From positions 288,001-352,000 of the forward strand of contig CAWBZI010000005.1 in assembly GCA_963793265.1 (NCBI GenBank): a DNA stretch of 64,000 nucleotides, written 5' to 3'. This DNA comes from an uncultured cyanobacterium (lineage in GTDB: Bacteria; Cyanobacteriota; Cyanobacteriia; Phormidesmidales; Phormidesmidaceae). Below the pieces are notes generated by a model. That model was not told where the DNA came from. It saw only the letters and a program-made list of their open reading frames with translations, and did not search any database. This document shows positions 1-9,732 of this stretch, in pieces. Within the stretch, counting starts at the first letter, position 1; each line of letters opens with the position of its first letter. The position numbers were made by a program, and so were the translations under genes.

Positions 1-381
1 AAAATGAATCTGGTGGTGTAAATCTAGCTGTTTGAGATTTTCCCATTCATTTTGATCGAGCCAAACGCCGTGGCAGTGACTACAGCGGTCGAGATAAAAG
101 CTGAGGCCGCGACCCACGCGCGCTTTTGTCATCAGGCGATTGCAGTCTGCACAAAAGTTAGCGGTGGCATTGTCAGCAACCGGCAGCAGGCGATCGCTAA
201 GCACAACCGCCGGACGATTATGAGCTTGCTCGCGCTGTTCGTGCTCCCGGTAGTCTAGCCATTCCCAGTAGCTTTCAGAGGGAACCCAATGACCAAAGCA
301 CTGCGTACATTGGCGAGCAAGCAGCCCAGTATCAAGGCTAACTTCGTTGAGCGAATGAGTGTGGCAAGTAGGGCATTTCAT
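1..381 (-). CDS. zf-TFIIB-type double zinc-ribbon protein (partial, runs off window start)
   Basis: Not in the ORF track. Manual translation from ATG 381: MKCPTC..RQCTQCFGHW..FCADCNRLM..LDRCSHCHGVWLDQNEW, giving four CxxC pairs and the GVWLD motif. Confidence 0.8.
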   Translation of the reverse strand, partial: MKCPTCHTHSLNEVSLDTGLLARQCTQCFGHWVPSESYWEWLDYREHEQREQAHNRPAVVLSDRLLPVADNATANFCADCNRLMTKARVGRGLSFYLDRCSHCHGVWLDQNEWENLKQLDLHHQIHF

Positions 382-553
382 GACAGTGCGGCTTTAGTGA
401 CTTTTGTCTTCAGTTAAGAACGTTCCCAATTATTTCAATGGATATTGATATAGTCTTACAAACTTCACAAACTATTTTCATTTCGTCGAAAAAAGAGGGA
501 AAACGTACGTGTTTCTACGGGATTGAGACTTTGTTGTGGCACTTGCACTCAAC

Positions 554-1588
554 CTAGCCAAACCCTTTCCACACGTCAGTTCCGTCTACAGCCTTCACGA
601 TGTTCATTCCGGCTGCGGCGAACTTTTCATAAGTATCCTCTGCTGCGCTAGTGAAATCGACTACTCCAGGGACGACTACCGGCGAAGTGCAGTCTTCTAA
701 AAGGTAGATTTTTTGGGCTAGCGTTGGATCAATCGCCTCGATTTCGCTGAGTAAATCGCTCACCGTCCAGGCGACGCAATGGCTCTTGGCCTGTCCGGCA
801 ATGATAATGGCGTCGAAACTCAGCAGATGATGAATGAGCCGATTATTTTTTTGGGCTATGGGTTGAGCTGCCTCGTTGTTGAGAACTTCGGGCCTCAAGA
901 CGGAGTAGTTTTCGGTGAGGGGATTGTCTCCTTTGGTTTCAAAGCGGGTTTGGCTAGCGCGGGCCATGTTGTGAAAAAAGCAGGCTTCTTCAAAAGCAGG
1001 CACCAGGGCATGACCAATGCCGCCGAGCATTGAGTGGTAGGGCCAAACGGTTAGCGGATATTTGCCGCTGTCGCTGAGCTGTTTGGCATAGTGACGAGCA
1101 AACGCTTCAATGTTGGCGATGCTGTCGTTGTTGCGCTTAGCGAGACTCTGGGCAACTACTGGATTAACACGCCATTTCTGAGCTGTTACGTCTTCAAAAG
1201 AAATCAGCGTCATGGGATCAGGGTGTTCGCCAGCGCTGTTGATCCAAAAAACGGGATGAAAGATTTGGGTGGCTGCGTGTGTGTCCATCGTCGGGACAAT
1301 CTCGGTGATAATGTCTAGGTGGCGATAGACAAACTCACATAGCCGCTGAGTGTCTTCGACTGCGCCATTGCCCGAGCGTCCGCCGACAAATAGCTCAAAA
1401 TCTGGCAGGCAAAATGTGTTTTGTACGTCGATGGCAAGCAGGCATACTTGGAAGCTGTCAGTGTGAGCAGGCGGGATATTGTTGGCTTGGGCATAGGTGC
1501 TCGCTTGGGTAGCGATCGCCTGATACGGAACCCGACGAATCTCGCCAACAGTCTTGGGATTATAAAATGCTGGAATCGGTGTAGTCAT
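554..1588 (-). CDS. Isochorismatase-family cysteine hydrolase, nicotinamidase (PncA)-like
   Basis: IDVQNTF, DTH, WPYH, KG and AGQAKSHCV motifs (Asp/Lys/Cys triad plus metal ligands). Lies in an NrtR-controlled operon. Confidence 0.75.
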   Translation of the reverse strand: MTTPIPAFYNPKTVGEIRRVPYQAIATQASTYAQANNIPPAHTDSFQVCLLAIDVQNTFCLPDFELFVGGRSGNGAVEDTQRLCEFVYRHLDIITEIVPTMDTHAATQIFHPVFWINSAGEHPDPMTLISFEDVTAQKWRVNPVVAQSLAKRNNDSIANIEAFARHYAKQLSDSGKYPLTVWPYHSMLGGIGHALVPAFEEACFFHNMARASQTRFETKGDNPLTENYSVLRPEVLNNEAAQPIAQKNNRLIHHLLSFDAIIIAGQAKSHCVAWTVSDLLSEIEAIDPTLAQKIYLLEDCTSPVVVPGVVDFTSAAEDTYEKFAAAGMNIVKAVDGTDVWKGFG

Positions 1589-1592
1589 ATAC

Positions 1593-1620
1593 GTAGGGGC
1601 GTCACAGCCGTGCGCCCTCC
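1593..1620. repeat. GTAG-family REP-like palindrome
   Basis: Intergenic GTAGGGGCG-tCACAGCCGTG-CGCCCTCC. Confidence 0.5.
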
Positions 1621-1643
1621 GGCAGGGTAAACGTCAAACAAAA

Positions 1644-2435
1644 CTAAAAGACATACGGCTGGGTATATTTCTGACAAAATGCTAGCGTTATTTCTCGCAG
1701 TGGGTCATCTAGCCTTTCAAGGGATTGTTGAGCGATCGCATCCGGCACACCCCCATAAAAAGCCTCTGCAATAGCACCGGCAATACAGGCCATCGTGTCA
1801 GTATCACCACCAAGCGAAACCGCATTACGAATTGCATCTTCAAAGCCGGTGGCTTCTAAAAAGGCAATCATGGCTTCGGGCACAGACCCCTGACAGGACA
1901 CATCAAAGCGATAGTTCGGGCGAATTCGATCGAGCGTTCGAGAAAGATCATATCCAAACGTAAATTCAATAGACGCTTTAATTAAATCTTTGTTCTTACA
2001 CTCTCTAGCAAGCAGCACCATCGCCGCCGTAGCTTCAGCACCTTTGATACCTTCAGGATGGTTATGAGTCACAGCAGCAGACTGCCGAGCGACCTTACGA
2101 ACAGTATCCATATCGCTATAGGCAAATCCTACAGGGCTTACTCTCATCGCGGAGCCATTGCCCCAACTGTTGTAGGGTTCTAACGTATCTGAAAGAGCCC
2201 ACTGGTTAAAGGTTTTGCCGTAGCCAGCGTTAGGATAGGCGCGGGCATAGCGCTTGATGCTTTGCGCGAAATCGTGAGGCTGTTCGCTTTTGAGTAGCAC
2301 GTCTGCAACAGCAACAGAAAGTACCGCGTCGTCTGTGAACTGACTCGCGGCTGAGAATAGCTCAAAGTCCTTGCTTTTGATGTGACCTCTTTCAAAAACT
2401 GAGCCAATAATATCGCCTGCGATCGCCCCTAACAT
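1644..2435 (-). CDS. ADP-ribosylglycohydrolase (DraG/ARH family)
   Basis: GAIAGDIIGS, FTDD, SWGNGSAMRVSP, THNHPEG and GGDTDT motifs. Confidence 0.93.
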   Translation of the reverse strand: MLGAIAGDIIGSVFERGHIKSKDFELFSAASQFTDDAVLSVAVADVLLKSEQPHDFAQSIKRYARAYPNAGYGKTFNQWALSDTLEPYNSWGNGSAMRVSPVGFAYSDMDTVRKVARQSAAVTHNHPEGIKGAEATAAMVLLARECKNKDLIKASIEFTFGYDLSRTLDRIRPNYRFDVSCQGSVPEAMIAFLEATGFEDAIRNAVSLGGDTDTMACIAGAIAEAFYGGVPDAIAQQSLERLDDPLREITLAFCQKYTQPYVF

Positions 2436-2463
2436 AAGCCGTTTTCCTCAGCTATTTTTTGAC

Positions 2464-2484
2464 TTAGTGTCAAATAAACACTAA
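2464..2484. promoter_or_regulatory. NrtR operator
   Basis: 21-bp palindrome TTAGTGT-CAAATAA-ACACTAA with the GT-N7-AC core, between the divergent ARH and nrtR genes. Confidence 0.88.
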
Positions 2485-2538
2485 CATACTTTTGTTATAG
2501 CTGCCTTCCCAGCATCGCGTCAAGCTCTATCACGCCTT

Positions 2539-3231
2539 ATGCCCTACACCTACGACTATCCCCGCCCTGCATTGACCGTAGACTGCGTTGTGTTTGGCTA
2601 TGAGGCGAACGCTGCGCTGAAGGTGCTGCTGATTCAGCGAAAGCTGCCGCCTTATGAAGGAAAGTGGGCGCTGCCGGGTGGGTTTGTGCAGATGGCGGAG
2701 TCGGTGGATGCGGCGGCGGTGCGAGAGCTAGCCGAGGAGACAGGCGTGGCAAATGTGTTTTTGGAGCAGCTTTATACGTTTGGGGCGGTGGGGAGAGATC
2801 CGCGTGATCGCATTGTCTCGGTCGCCTACTATGCGCTGATTAATCTGCAAAGCCATCCGGTGCAGGCGGCAAGTGATGCGAGTGACGCGCAGTGGTTTGC
2901 GCTGGCTGATTTGCCGAGTTTAGGGTTTGATCATGATGAGATTTTGAGATGTGCGATCGCCCGACTGCGCGCTAAGATTCGCTATGAACCTATCGGCTTT
3001 GAGCTATTGCCAAACGTCTTCACGCTCTCCCAACTACAAAAGCTGTATGAACAGATATTGGAGCGCGATTTAGACAAGCGGAACTTTCGTAAAAAACTGT
3101 TGAAAATGGATTTGCTGATTGATACAGGAGAGAAGGAGAAAGGCGTTTCACATCGGGCCGCACAGCTCTATGCGTTTGATACGAAAAAGTACAAATCGCT
3201 CAAGCAGCAAGGTTTCAACTTCGATCTTTAA
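2539..3231 (+). CDS. nrtR: NrtR family regulator (Nudix + winged helix)
   Basis: [16 protein letters not shown] Nudix box, [12 protein letters not shown], and C-terminal [16 protein letters not shown] wHTH. Confidence 0.93.
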   Translation: MPYTYDYPRPALTVDCVVFGYEANAALKVLLIQRKLPPYEGKWALPGGFVQMAESVDAAAVRELAEETGVANVFLEQLYTFGAVGRDPRDRIVSVAYYALINLQSHPVQAASDASDAQWFALADLPSLGFDHDEILRCAIARLRAKIRYEPIGFELLPNVFTLSQLQKLYEQILERDLDKRNFRKKLLKMDLLIDTGEKEKGVSHRAAQLYAFDTKKYKSLKQQGFNFDL

Positions 3232-3344
3232 GCGCTTGATCTAGCCGCTGGTTGTTTTGTTGGCCGCTCTTGATCTAGTCTTATAGCTAAGAGGCATCAA
3301 AGCACCGAGTTGTTCTTGCTCTAGTCACGCTGAGATTTTATGTA

Positions 3345-4169
3345 ATGACACAGCATTTAGCCGCATTAACAGAAGAACTGGCGGTTTCCGACGAATTGAA
3401 GAAGCAGGCGGCTTGGGCGATCGCTGAAAAATGCAGACAGGTTTTGCTTCAAGACTTTGGTGCAGACGAGGCGATCGTGTTTGGGTCTTTGCGCGGTGAT
3501 GCACCGTGGCATCGCGATTCAGATTTGGATTTGGCAGTACGTGGCCTAGCTGAAGAGGCTCTATTAGGTGCTTATCAGCGGTTGCGGGGAATTGTCCCGA
3601 GCTGGCTACCGTTCGATCTGGTTGCGTTAGAGCGCGTAGATAAGCGGGTTCGCGATCGCATTCTCCAACTCACCCCGCTTCCTAAAAATATGTACCTGGC
3701 GCTCAAAATCCGTCTCGAAGATGAGCTAATTGCTATCGAGCAAACCATCGATACGCTTAACACGCTGCTTGAGCAAGCCGATACCATTCCTGAAATCGCT
3801 TTGATTCCAGCAGCAGCCGGTTATACAGAGGATTTTTATTCTGGCTGTGAACGGTTGGCTCAGCGAGTTGCCGTTGCTTTAGATAATGGCTTACCGGAGG
3901 GTAGAAACTGGCACGAGCAGCTATTACAGCAAATGGCGCAGCCTAGCAGACATGAGCGTCCGCCACTGTGGCCAGAATCATTGCGTGAGGACTTGGACAC
4001 ATACCGCAGTTTTCGTCACCGTGTCCGTCATCTATACAGCATTAACTTGGAGCCGCAGCGTGTTTTAGCGCTAGCGCAACAGGTGCCCGCTACATTTGAA
4101 CAAATTCAGCAGGCTGTCGAGGCATTTGGAGAATGGCTAGCGCAGAAAGCAGACTCAAGACGCTCTTAA
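3345..4169 (+). CDS. Fused minimal nucleotidyltransferase (MNT) + HEPN ribonuclease domain
   Basis: N-half VFGS..SDLDLAV..FDLV. C-half FYSGCER..GRNWHEQLL..RHRVRHLY (RX4HXY). Confidence 0.85.
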   Translation: MTQHLAALTEELAVSDELKKQAAWAIAEKCRQVLLQDFGADEAIVFGSLRGDAPWHRDSDLDLAVRGLAEEALLGAYQRLRGIVPSWLPFDLVALERVDKRVRDRILQLTPLPKNMYLALKIRLEDELIAIEQTIDTLNTLLEQADTIPEIALIPAAAGYTEDFYSGCERLAQRVAVALDNGLPEGRNWHEQLLQQMAQPSRHERPPLWPESLREDLDTYRSFRHRVRHLYSINLEPQRVLALAQQVPATFEQIQQAVEAFGEWLAQKADSRRS

Positions 4170-4521
4170 AAGTTTTAGTGACTGAGATCGTCAGCATTTT
4201 GCTTTTGACCACTAAAAAAGAACTTTTCGATAGCACTAGCAATCGGAAAGAAGAATATGAAGAAAATGGTCTGTTGGATGAGAAAACTGTTCAGCAAGCG
4301 CATTCGATAGCCTAGAAGATAAGCCAACCATCGCCCAGTTAGCTGTAAACAGCAGCAGCGTTGGATAGAATTCTTTGAGTTCTGCTTTTGATAGGTCTTC
4401 CATCAAAGCATCCTATCCAATTTAATAGAGGAATTCGTTGAGCATGAGCTAAATATAGCAAGTGGCTGCTGATGCATCATGCTATTAAAGGTTTTCTATG
4501 GCGAAGTGAGGATTGGCTACT

Positions 4522-5682
4522 ATGAGCGAGCGTAATCAGATACGGCGAGTGGGCGTAATTGGCGGGGGACAGCTAGCCTGGATGATGGCGGCGGGCGCTG
4601 AGGCAGTAGGGATCGAGCTGTGTGTGCAAACGCCGAAGGCAGACGATCCAGCCTGTGCGATCGCCTCCAAAACCTTCATAGGTGAAGTTGCTGACGTCTC
4701 AGTGACCGCAGACATGGCTGACGACTGCGATGTGATTACGTTTGAAAATGAGTTTATCGATCTCCCTGCGCTCAAGCAGCTAGCAGAGAAAGGCGTGATT
4801 TTTTATCCGCAGCTCAACTGCCTGGAGCCTTTGTTAGATAAATACGATCAAAGAGAATATTGCGATCGCCTCAACCTCCCCTCTCCCCCTTTTGCCACAC
4901 TCAACAACAAATCCGATCTCTCTCTTCTCACTGAAAAAGTAAATTCCGTCGGCCTTCCGCTAGCGCTTAAAACCCGTCGCCATGGCTATGACGGACAGGG
5001 CACCTTTATTCTTAAAACGCTCGAAGCTGTTGAAGAGACTTGGGAAGCTCTAAACTATCAGCCGATTTTGTTAGAGGCTTTTGTTGCTTTTGAAAAAGAG
5101 CTGGCCGTGATGGTGGCCAGATCTCAAGCGGGCGAAGTGGTGGTGTATCCGGTGGTAGAAACTCAGCAGGTGGAGCAGGTTTGTCGGCGGGTGATTGCCC
5201 CTGCCGATGTGGAGCGTGGGGTGGCGGAAGCGGTAAGAGCGATCGCAACTCAGCTCGTCAATAGCTTAGGCGTGGTTGGCATCTTTGGCATTGAGCTATT
5301 TCTAACCCAGTCGGGCGAGGTGCTCATCAATGAAATTGCGCCTCGCACTCACAACTCAGGGCACTACACACTAGATGCCTGCACCACCTCACAGTTTGAG
5401 CAGCAGCTAAGGGCCGTTTGCGGACTGCCTTTGGGCGCTGCTGAGCTGACGCATCCGGGGGCGGTGATGGTGAATTTGCTGGGTACTGAAGAGGCGGTGA
5501 GTGACTATGCCGAGAAGCGAAAAGCCCTAGCACAAATTCCTCACGCTGAGGTGTACTGGTATGGCAAGCAACAGTCGAGAATTGGGCGGAAAATGGGGCA
5601 TGTGACAATTCTCACGGACGCTAAGGATGACCGTGCAGCAGCGGGTGCAGTCATTCGGCAAGTAGAGCAGATATGGTACTAG
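4522..5682 (+). CDS. purK: N5-CAIR synthase
   Basis: IGGGQLAWM, TFENEF, GYDGQG, NEIAPRTHNSGH and RKMGH motifs. Confidence 0.97.
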   Translation: MSERNQIRRVGVIGGGQLAWMMAAGAEAVGIELCVQTPKADDPACAIASKTFIGEVADVSVTADMADDCDVITFENEFIDLPALKQLAEKGVIFYPQLNCLEPLLDKYDQREYCDRLNLPSPPFATLNNKSDLSLLTEKVNSVGLPLALKTRRHGYDGQGTFILKTLEAVEETWEALNYQPILLEAFVAFEKELAVMVARSQAGEVVVYPVVETQQVEQVCRRVIAPADVERGVAEAVRAIATQLVNSLGVVGIFGIELFLTQSGEVLINEIAPRTHNSGHYTLDACTTSQFEQQLRAVCGLPLGAAELTHPGAVMVNLLGTEEAVSDYAEKRKALAQIPHAEVYWYGKQQSRIGRKMGHVTILTDAKDDRAAAGAVIRQVEQIWY

Positions 5683-5787
5683 CGAAAGGATGAAAGCTTG
5701 GTGAGTTTTGAATATTTGATTGAAAGGGCGAATATCCGTCATGCTTCTGTATGGATTGCCCCTTGCCGCAACCGGGTAAAGGTTCGC

Positions 5788-5793
5788 TATGAT
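5788..5793 (+). promoter_or_regulatory. -10 element of 6S RNA promoter
   Basis: TATGAT 7 nt before the predicted RNA 5' end, with TTGCCG at 5763-5768. Confidence 0.5.
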
Positions 5794-5800
5794 GACGTCA

Positions 5801-5997
5801 GTTCTGCTACGGCGTTGGTGACTGCCAACAACGTTTTCTGATCTATGTTTTTCATTTCAAGGGTGTCAAGATGCCAGAGCAGCAGTATACCGAGCTTGCC
5901 TTCACCGGCCTGTACTCGGAAACTATAAGCTCTGGCCGCGATTCCCACCTGGCGACCCCAGGTCAAAAACTGAGGTAAGACGGCGCTGCGGTTGAAC
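5801..5997 (+). ncRNA. ssrS: 6S RNA
   Basis: About 197 nt. 5' GTTCTGCTACGGCGTTG pairs with 3' CGGCGCTGCGGTTGAAC as a closing stem. Flanked by promoter and terminator, and downstream of purK as is typical in cyanobacteria. Confidence 0.85.
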
Positions 5998-6003
5998 GAC
6001 TCA

Positions 6004-6033
6004 AGATCCTTGTCCTTTGGGCGAGGATTTTTT
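6004..6033 (+). terminator. Intrinsic terminator of 6S RNA
   Basis: AGATCCTTGTCC-TTTG-GGCGAGGATTT hairpin running into a T tract. Confidence 0.75.
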
Positions 6034-6070
6034 GCTGTGTGGGCTTAGTGGAAGGTTCTTTAATAGTTTT

Positions 6071-6111
6071 GTATCGGGCCATACATACATCGTTCAATAG
6101 CCCGCTAGCAT
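6071..6111 (+). promoter_or_regulatory. Candidate NtcA class II promoter
   Basis: tGTA-TCGGGCCA-TACa at 6071-6084, then TAGCAT (TAN3T) 21 nt downstream. Confidence 0.45.
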
Positions 6112-6147
6112 TTTGATGAATGTAAACACAATGCCCGGTACTCATTT

Positions 6148-7428
6148 TTGAACCAGTCTGACGCTATTGCCGCGAACAACGCTATTGCCGCAAATGTAGT
6201 TCGGTTGCCAAACGGACTGACGATTATTCATCAAGAAATGCCTACGACCGCCGTGGTGGTGGATGTGTGGGTGCGGGCGGGCGCGAGCTGCGAGCCTGCC
6301 GAATGGGCCGGGATGGCTCATTTTTTGGAGCATATGGTGTTCAAGGGCACTCAAAAGATCGGCCCTGGTGAGTTTGACTGGGCGATTGAGAGTCAGGGCG
6401 GGATGACGAATGCGGCGACCAGTCATGACTACGCACACTTTTATATAACGGTGGCGGCTTCTGCGCTGCCGCAAACGCTGCCTTATTTGGCAGATTTGCT
6501 GCTGTGTGCGGCGATTCCAGCCGATGAGTTTGTGCGGGAGCGGCAGGTGGTGCTTGAAGAGATTCGGCAGGCGTATGATGATCCTGACTGGGTGGGATAT
6601 CAGGCGCTTTGTGAGCTGATGTATGGCGATCATCCCTATGGGCGGGCGGTGCTGGGGACACCGGAGATTTTGGAGGGGCGATCGCCTGAAGAAATGAGGC
6701 GGTTTCATCAGGCGCACTATCAGCCTGAAAATATGACGGTGGCGATCGCAGGTGGCATTTCCCAGACTCAGGCAACCGATCTGATCGCGCAGTCTTTCAC
6801 CCGATTTGCTGAACCCGTTTGGTGCCCGCAGGTGGAAAAAACAGCCCTGGACTTTTCACCGAGCGCCCAGGTTCACCAGCATCAAACCCTACATCTGCCG
6901 AACTTGGAGCAAAGCCGTCTGACGATGGCCTGGATGGGGCCGGGAGTCAATCAGCTTGCGGCGGCGAGTGGGCTTGATTTGGTGTCGGTGCTGCTGGGCG
7001 GCGGGCAAACATCGAGATTGATTCGTGAGCTGAGGGAGGAAAAGCAGCTTGTGCAGGATTTGGACTGTGGCTTTTCGTTGCAGCAGGACTGTAGCGTGTT
7101 GAGTGTGTCGATGTGGCTAGAGGGTGAGTATGTAGAGGCGGTGGAGAAGATTGTGTGCGATCGCCTCAAAACCCTGGCCACTGAACCGATGACCACCGCC
7201 GAACTGGCCCGTTGCAAAAGGCTTTTGCTCAACGACTACGCCTTTTCGACTGAAACGCCGGGGCAGATTGCCGGGCTGTATGGCTACTACGCGACAATTG
7301 CTGAGCCTGGGCTTGCGATCGCCTATCCCCAGCACGTCCAAGCCCACACCTGCGAGTCTATCCAACAGCTTGCGCGTGACTATCTGAGCAGCGATCGCTA
7401 CACCGCCGTTGTGCTTCAGCCTGCTTAG
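6148..7428 (+). CDS. M16 family zinc peptidase, catalytic subunit
   Basis: GMAHFLEHMVFKGT (HxxEH) and NAATSHD motifs. Confidence 0.93.
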   Translation: MNQSDAIAANNAIAANVVRLPNGLTIIHQEMPTTAVVVDVWVRAGASCEPAEWAGMAHFLEHMVFKGTQKIGPGEFDWAIESQGGMTNAATSHDYAHFYITVAASALPQTLPYLADLLLCAAIPADEFVRERQVVLEEIRQAYDDPDWVGYQALCELMYGDHPYGRAVLGTPEILEGRSPEEMRRFHQAHYQPENMTVAIAGGISQTQATDLIAQSFTRFAEPVWCPQVEKTALDFSPSAQVHQHQTLHLPNLEQSRLTMAWMGPGVNQLAAASGLDLVSVLLGGGQTSRLIRELREEKQLVQDLDCGFSLQQDCSVLSVSMWLEGEYVEAVEKIVCDRLKTLATEPMTTAELARCKRLLLNDYAFSTETPGQIAGLYGYYATIAEPGLAIAYPQHVQAHTCESIQQLARDYLSSDRYTAVVLQPA

Positions 7429-7476
7429 TTGCTATACCTATGAAGGATTTGACAAAACCTTCTTAAGCACGTACCT

Positions 7477-8751
7477 GTGACCTCTTCGACCCTCGCTCAA
7501 AAGCCCGCTACGCTTCGCACCACGCTACCTAACGGGCTGACGGTGATTGCCGTTGAAAACCCAGTTGCCGACATTGTTTCATCTCGAATTTTCATCAAAG
7601 CCGGGCAGCTCAGCGAAACGATGGAAACATCGGGTCTGTTTGACTTGCTCACTGCCGTTTTTGTGAAAGGGACAAAAGCGAAAACGGCACTGGAAATCGC
7701 TGAAGTGGTTGAGTCGATAGGAGCGAGTTTGGGGGCGGATGTGGCCTCAGACTATAGCGTAGTGAGCCTGAAAACGGTGTCTGCTGACTTTGAGACGGTG
7801 CTGGCGCTGGCGGCTGAGATTTTGCGCGAGCCTAGCTTTCCACCTGAGCAGATTGAGCTAGAACGGCGGCTCATTTTGCAGGGACTTAAGTCTATGAAAG
7901 AACAGCCCTTTAGCGTGGCCTACAACCATTTGCGAGAGGCGCTGTTTGCGGGGCATCCTTACGGCCTACCACACGCGCAGTCAGAAAAGCGAATAGCGGC
8001 GTTTACCCGAGCGGATTTGCTGGCTGAGTATCAGCGGTACTTTCGGCCCGACAATATGGTGATGACCGTGGTTGGGCGCATTTCTCCAAGTTTGGCGGTG
8101 AAGCTGGCTGAACAATATTTTGGTGACTGGCAAGCGCCGAGTGAGCCGCTGCCGGTTGCGAGCTTTCCGAGTCTGACGGGGGCCGCTCAGAAAATTGTCA
8201 CTGCTCAAGAAACGAATCAGGCGTTTGTTGCCTTAGGGCATTTGGCGGCTGAGGTGAGCGATCCTGACTATGCGGCGCTGAAGCTGATGAGTACGTATTT
8301 GGGTAACGGGCTCTCTAGTCGGCTGTTTGTGGAGCTGCGGGAGAAGCGAGGGCTGGCCTATGATGTGTCGGCGTTTTATCCGACGCGGTTGGGGCGATCG
8401 CAGTTTGTTGCCTATATTGGCACCGCGCCTGAGAATGTTGGGGTTGCGATCGCTGGCCTTCAGCAGGAGCTAGACCGGCTCAAAACCACGCCGCTCACAG
8501 ATGAAGAGGTTCAGGTTTCAAAAAACAAAATGTTAGGCCAGTACGCTTTGGGCAAGCAAACCAACGGCCAAATCGCGCAAACCTTCGGCTGGTACGAAGT
8601 CCTCGGGCTCGGCATGGAATTTGACGAGGTTTTTCCTCAGCTCATCTCAGCCGTCACCATCTCAGATATCCAAGCTACCGCCCAGCGCTACTTCACCAAC
8701 CAATCCGTTTCTATCCTCGGCCCCGCCGCTGCCGTAGAGCCTCTAAGATAA
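7477..8751 (+). CDS. M16 family peptidase, non-catalytic partner
   Basis: M16 fold motifs (LPNGL, SSRLFVELREKRGLAY) but HxxEH is replaced by DLLTA. Confidence 0.9.
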   Translation: MTSSTLAQKPATLRTTLPNGLTVIAVENPVADIVSSRIFIKAGQLSETMETSGLFDLLTAVFVKGTKAKTALEIAEVVESIGASLGADVASDYSVVSLKTVSADFETVLALAAEILREPSFPPEQIELERRLILQGLKSMKEQPFSVAYNHLREALFAGHPYGLPHAQSEKRIAAFTRADLLAEYQRYFRPDNMVMTVVGRISPSLAVKLAEQYFGDWQAPSEPLPVASFPSLTGAAQKIVTAQETNQAFVALGHLAAEVSDPDYAALKLMSTYLGNGLSSRLFVELREKRGLAYDVSAFYPTRLGRSQFVAYIGTAPENVGVAIAGLQQELDRLKTTPLTDEEVQVSKNKMLGQYALGKQTNGQIAQTFGWYEVLGLGMEFDEVFPQLISAVTISDIQATAQRYFTNQSVSILGPAAAVEPLR

Positions 8752-8777
8752 AGCGGTACGGTCACTTTCTCATCCTC

Positions 8778-9686
8778 ATGGCAACGACCCAATCTGCTCT
8801 CGCCATTCAGAATGCCACCTGGCAATGGCAGGGGTTCACCATCGGCTACCAGTACGCAGGCACTCACCAAACCAACGCGCCTGCCGTTGTACTCATCCAC
8901 GGCTTCGGCGCGTCGAGCATTCACTGGCGCAAAAACATCCCCGAACTCGCCAAAACCTGCCGCGTATACGCCATCGACCTTCTCGGCTACGGCAAATCCG
9001 CCAAGCCCACCCCCGGCAAGCCCCTTGACTACACCTTTGAAACCTGGGGCCAGCAGATTCGCGACTTTTGCTATGACGTAATCGGAACGCCCGCTTTTTT
9101 GATCGCAAACTCCATTGGCTGCGTGGTCGCCATGCAAGCCGCCGTAGACGATCCCGCCTGGACGCGCGGCGTGGTCATGCTCGACTGTTCTCTTCGCCTG
9201 CTGCACGACCGCAAGCGCCAAACACTGCCCTGGTATCGCAGTGCGCCTACGCCCTACATTCAAAAGGTGCTCGGCTTTAAGCCCATCATCAAACTATTTT
9301 TTGGGCAGCTTGCGAAGCCTAAAGCCGTCAAGCGAATTTTGCGTCAGGCGTACGGTCGTAAGGACGAGGTGACGGATGAGCTGGTATCGCTGCTGCTAGA
9401 GCCTGCTTTTGATGAAGGGGCGGTGGATGTGTTTTTGGCCTTTATTCGCTACTCGCAGGGCCCGATTCCTGAAGATTTGCTGCCACAGCTTCAGTGCCCA
9501 GCGCTTATTCTATGGGGCGCTGAAGACCCTTGGGAGCCGATTGAGCAGGCTCGCGCGTATGGTGACTATCCGGCGGTGGAGGAGTTTATTGAGCTAGAAG
9601 GGATAGGCCACTGTCCGCAGGATGAAGCGCCTGAGGTGGTGAATCCGATTTTGGCGAAATGGGTGGCGAGTAAGGCCAGCGCTTAA
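8778..9686 (+). CDS. Alpha/beta hydrolase
   Basis: LIHGFGAS, ANSIG, WGAEDPW and GHCPQDE motifs. Confidence 0.92.
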   Translation: MATTQSALAIQNATWQWQGFTIGYQYAGTHQTNAPAVVLIHGFGASSIHWRKNIPELAKTCRVYAIDLLGYGKSAKPTPGKPLDYTFETWGQQIRDFCYDVIGTPAFLIANSIGCVVAMQAAVDDPAWTRGVVMLDCSLRLLHDRKRQTLPWYRSAPTPYIQKVLGFKPIIKLFFGQLAKPKAVKRILRQAYGRKDEVTDELVSLLLEPAFDEGAVDVFLAFIRYSQGPIPEDLLPQLQCPALILWGAEDPWEPIEQARAYGDYPAVEEFIELEGIGHCPQDEAPEVVNPILAKWVASKASA

Positions 9687-9694
9687 ATTTAGAC

Positions 9695-9732
9695 AAAAAA
9701 ATCCTCCCTGACACGGCCTGACAGGGAGGATT
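9695..9732. terminator. Intrinsic terminator hairpin, T tract on - strand
   Basis: A-run followed by TCCTCCCTG-loop-CAGGGAGGA. Confidence 0.65.

Noticed and set aside
52..258. 68-aa + strand ORF
   Set aside because: Antisense shadow of the zinc-ribbon gene at 1-381 (-).
4133..4315. 60-aa ORF after MNT-HEPN
   Set aside because: Overlaps the upstream gene and has no recognisable motif; at most a decayed fragment.
6142..6717. Long antisense ORFs here and at 8688-9263, 33810-34379, 51252-51782
   Set aside because: Shadows of well-supported genes on the opposite strand.
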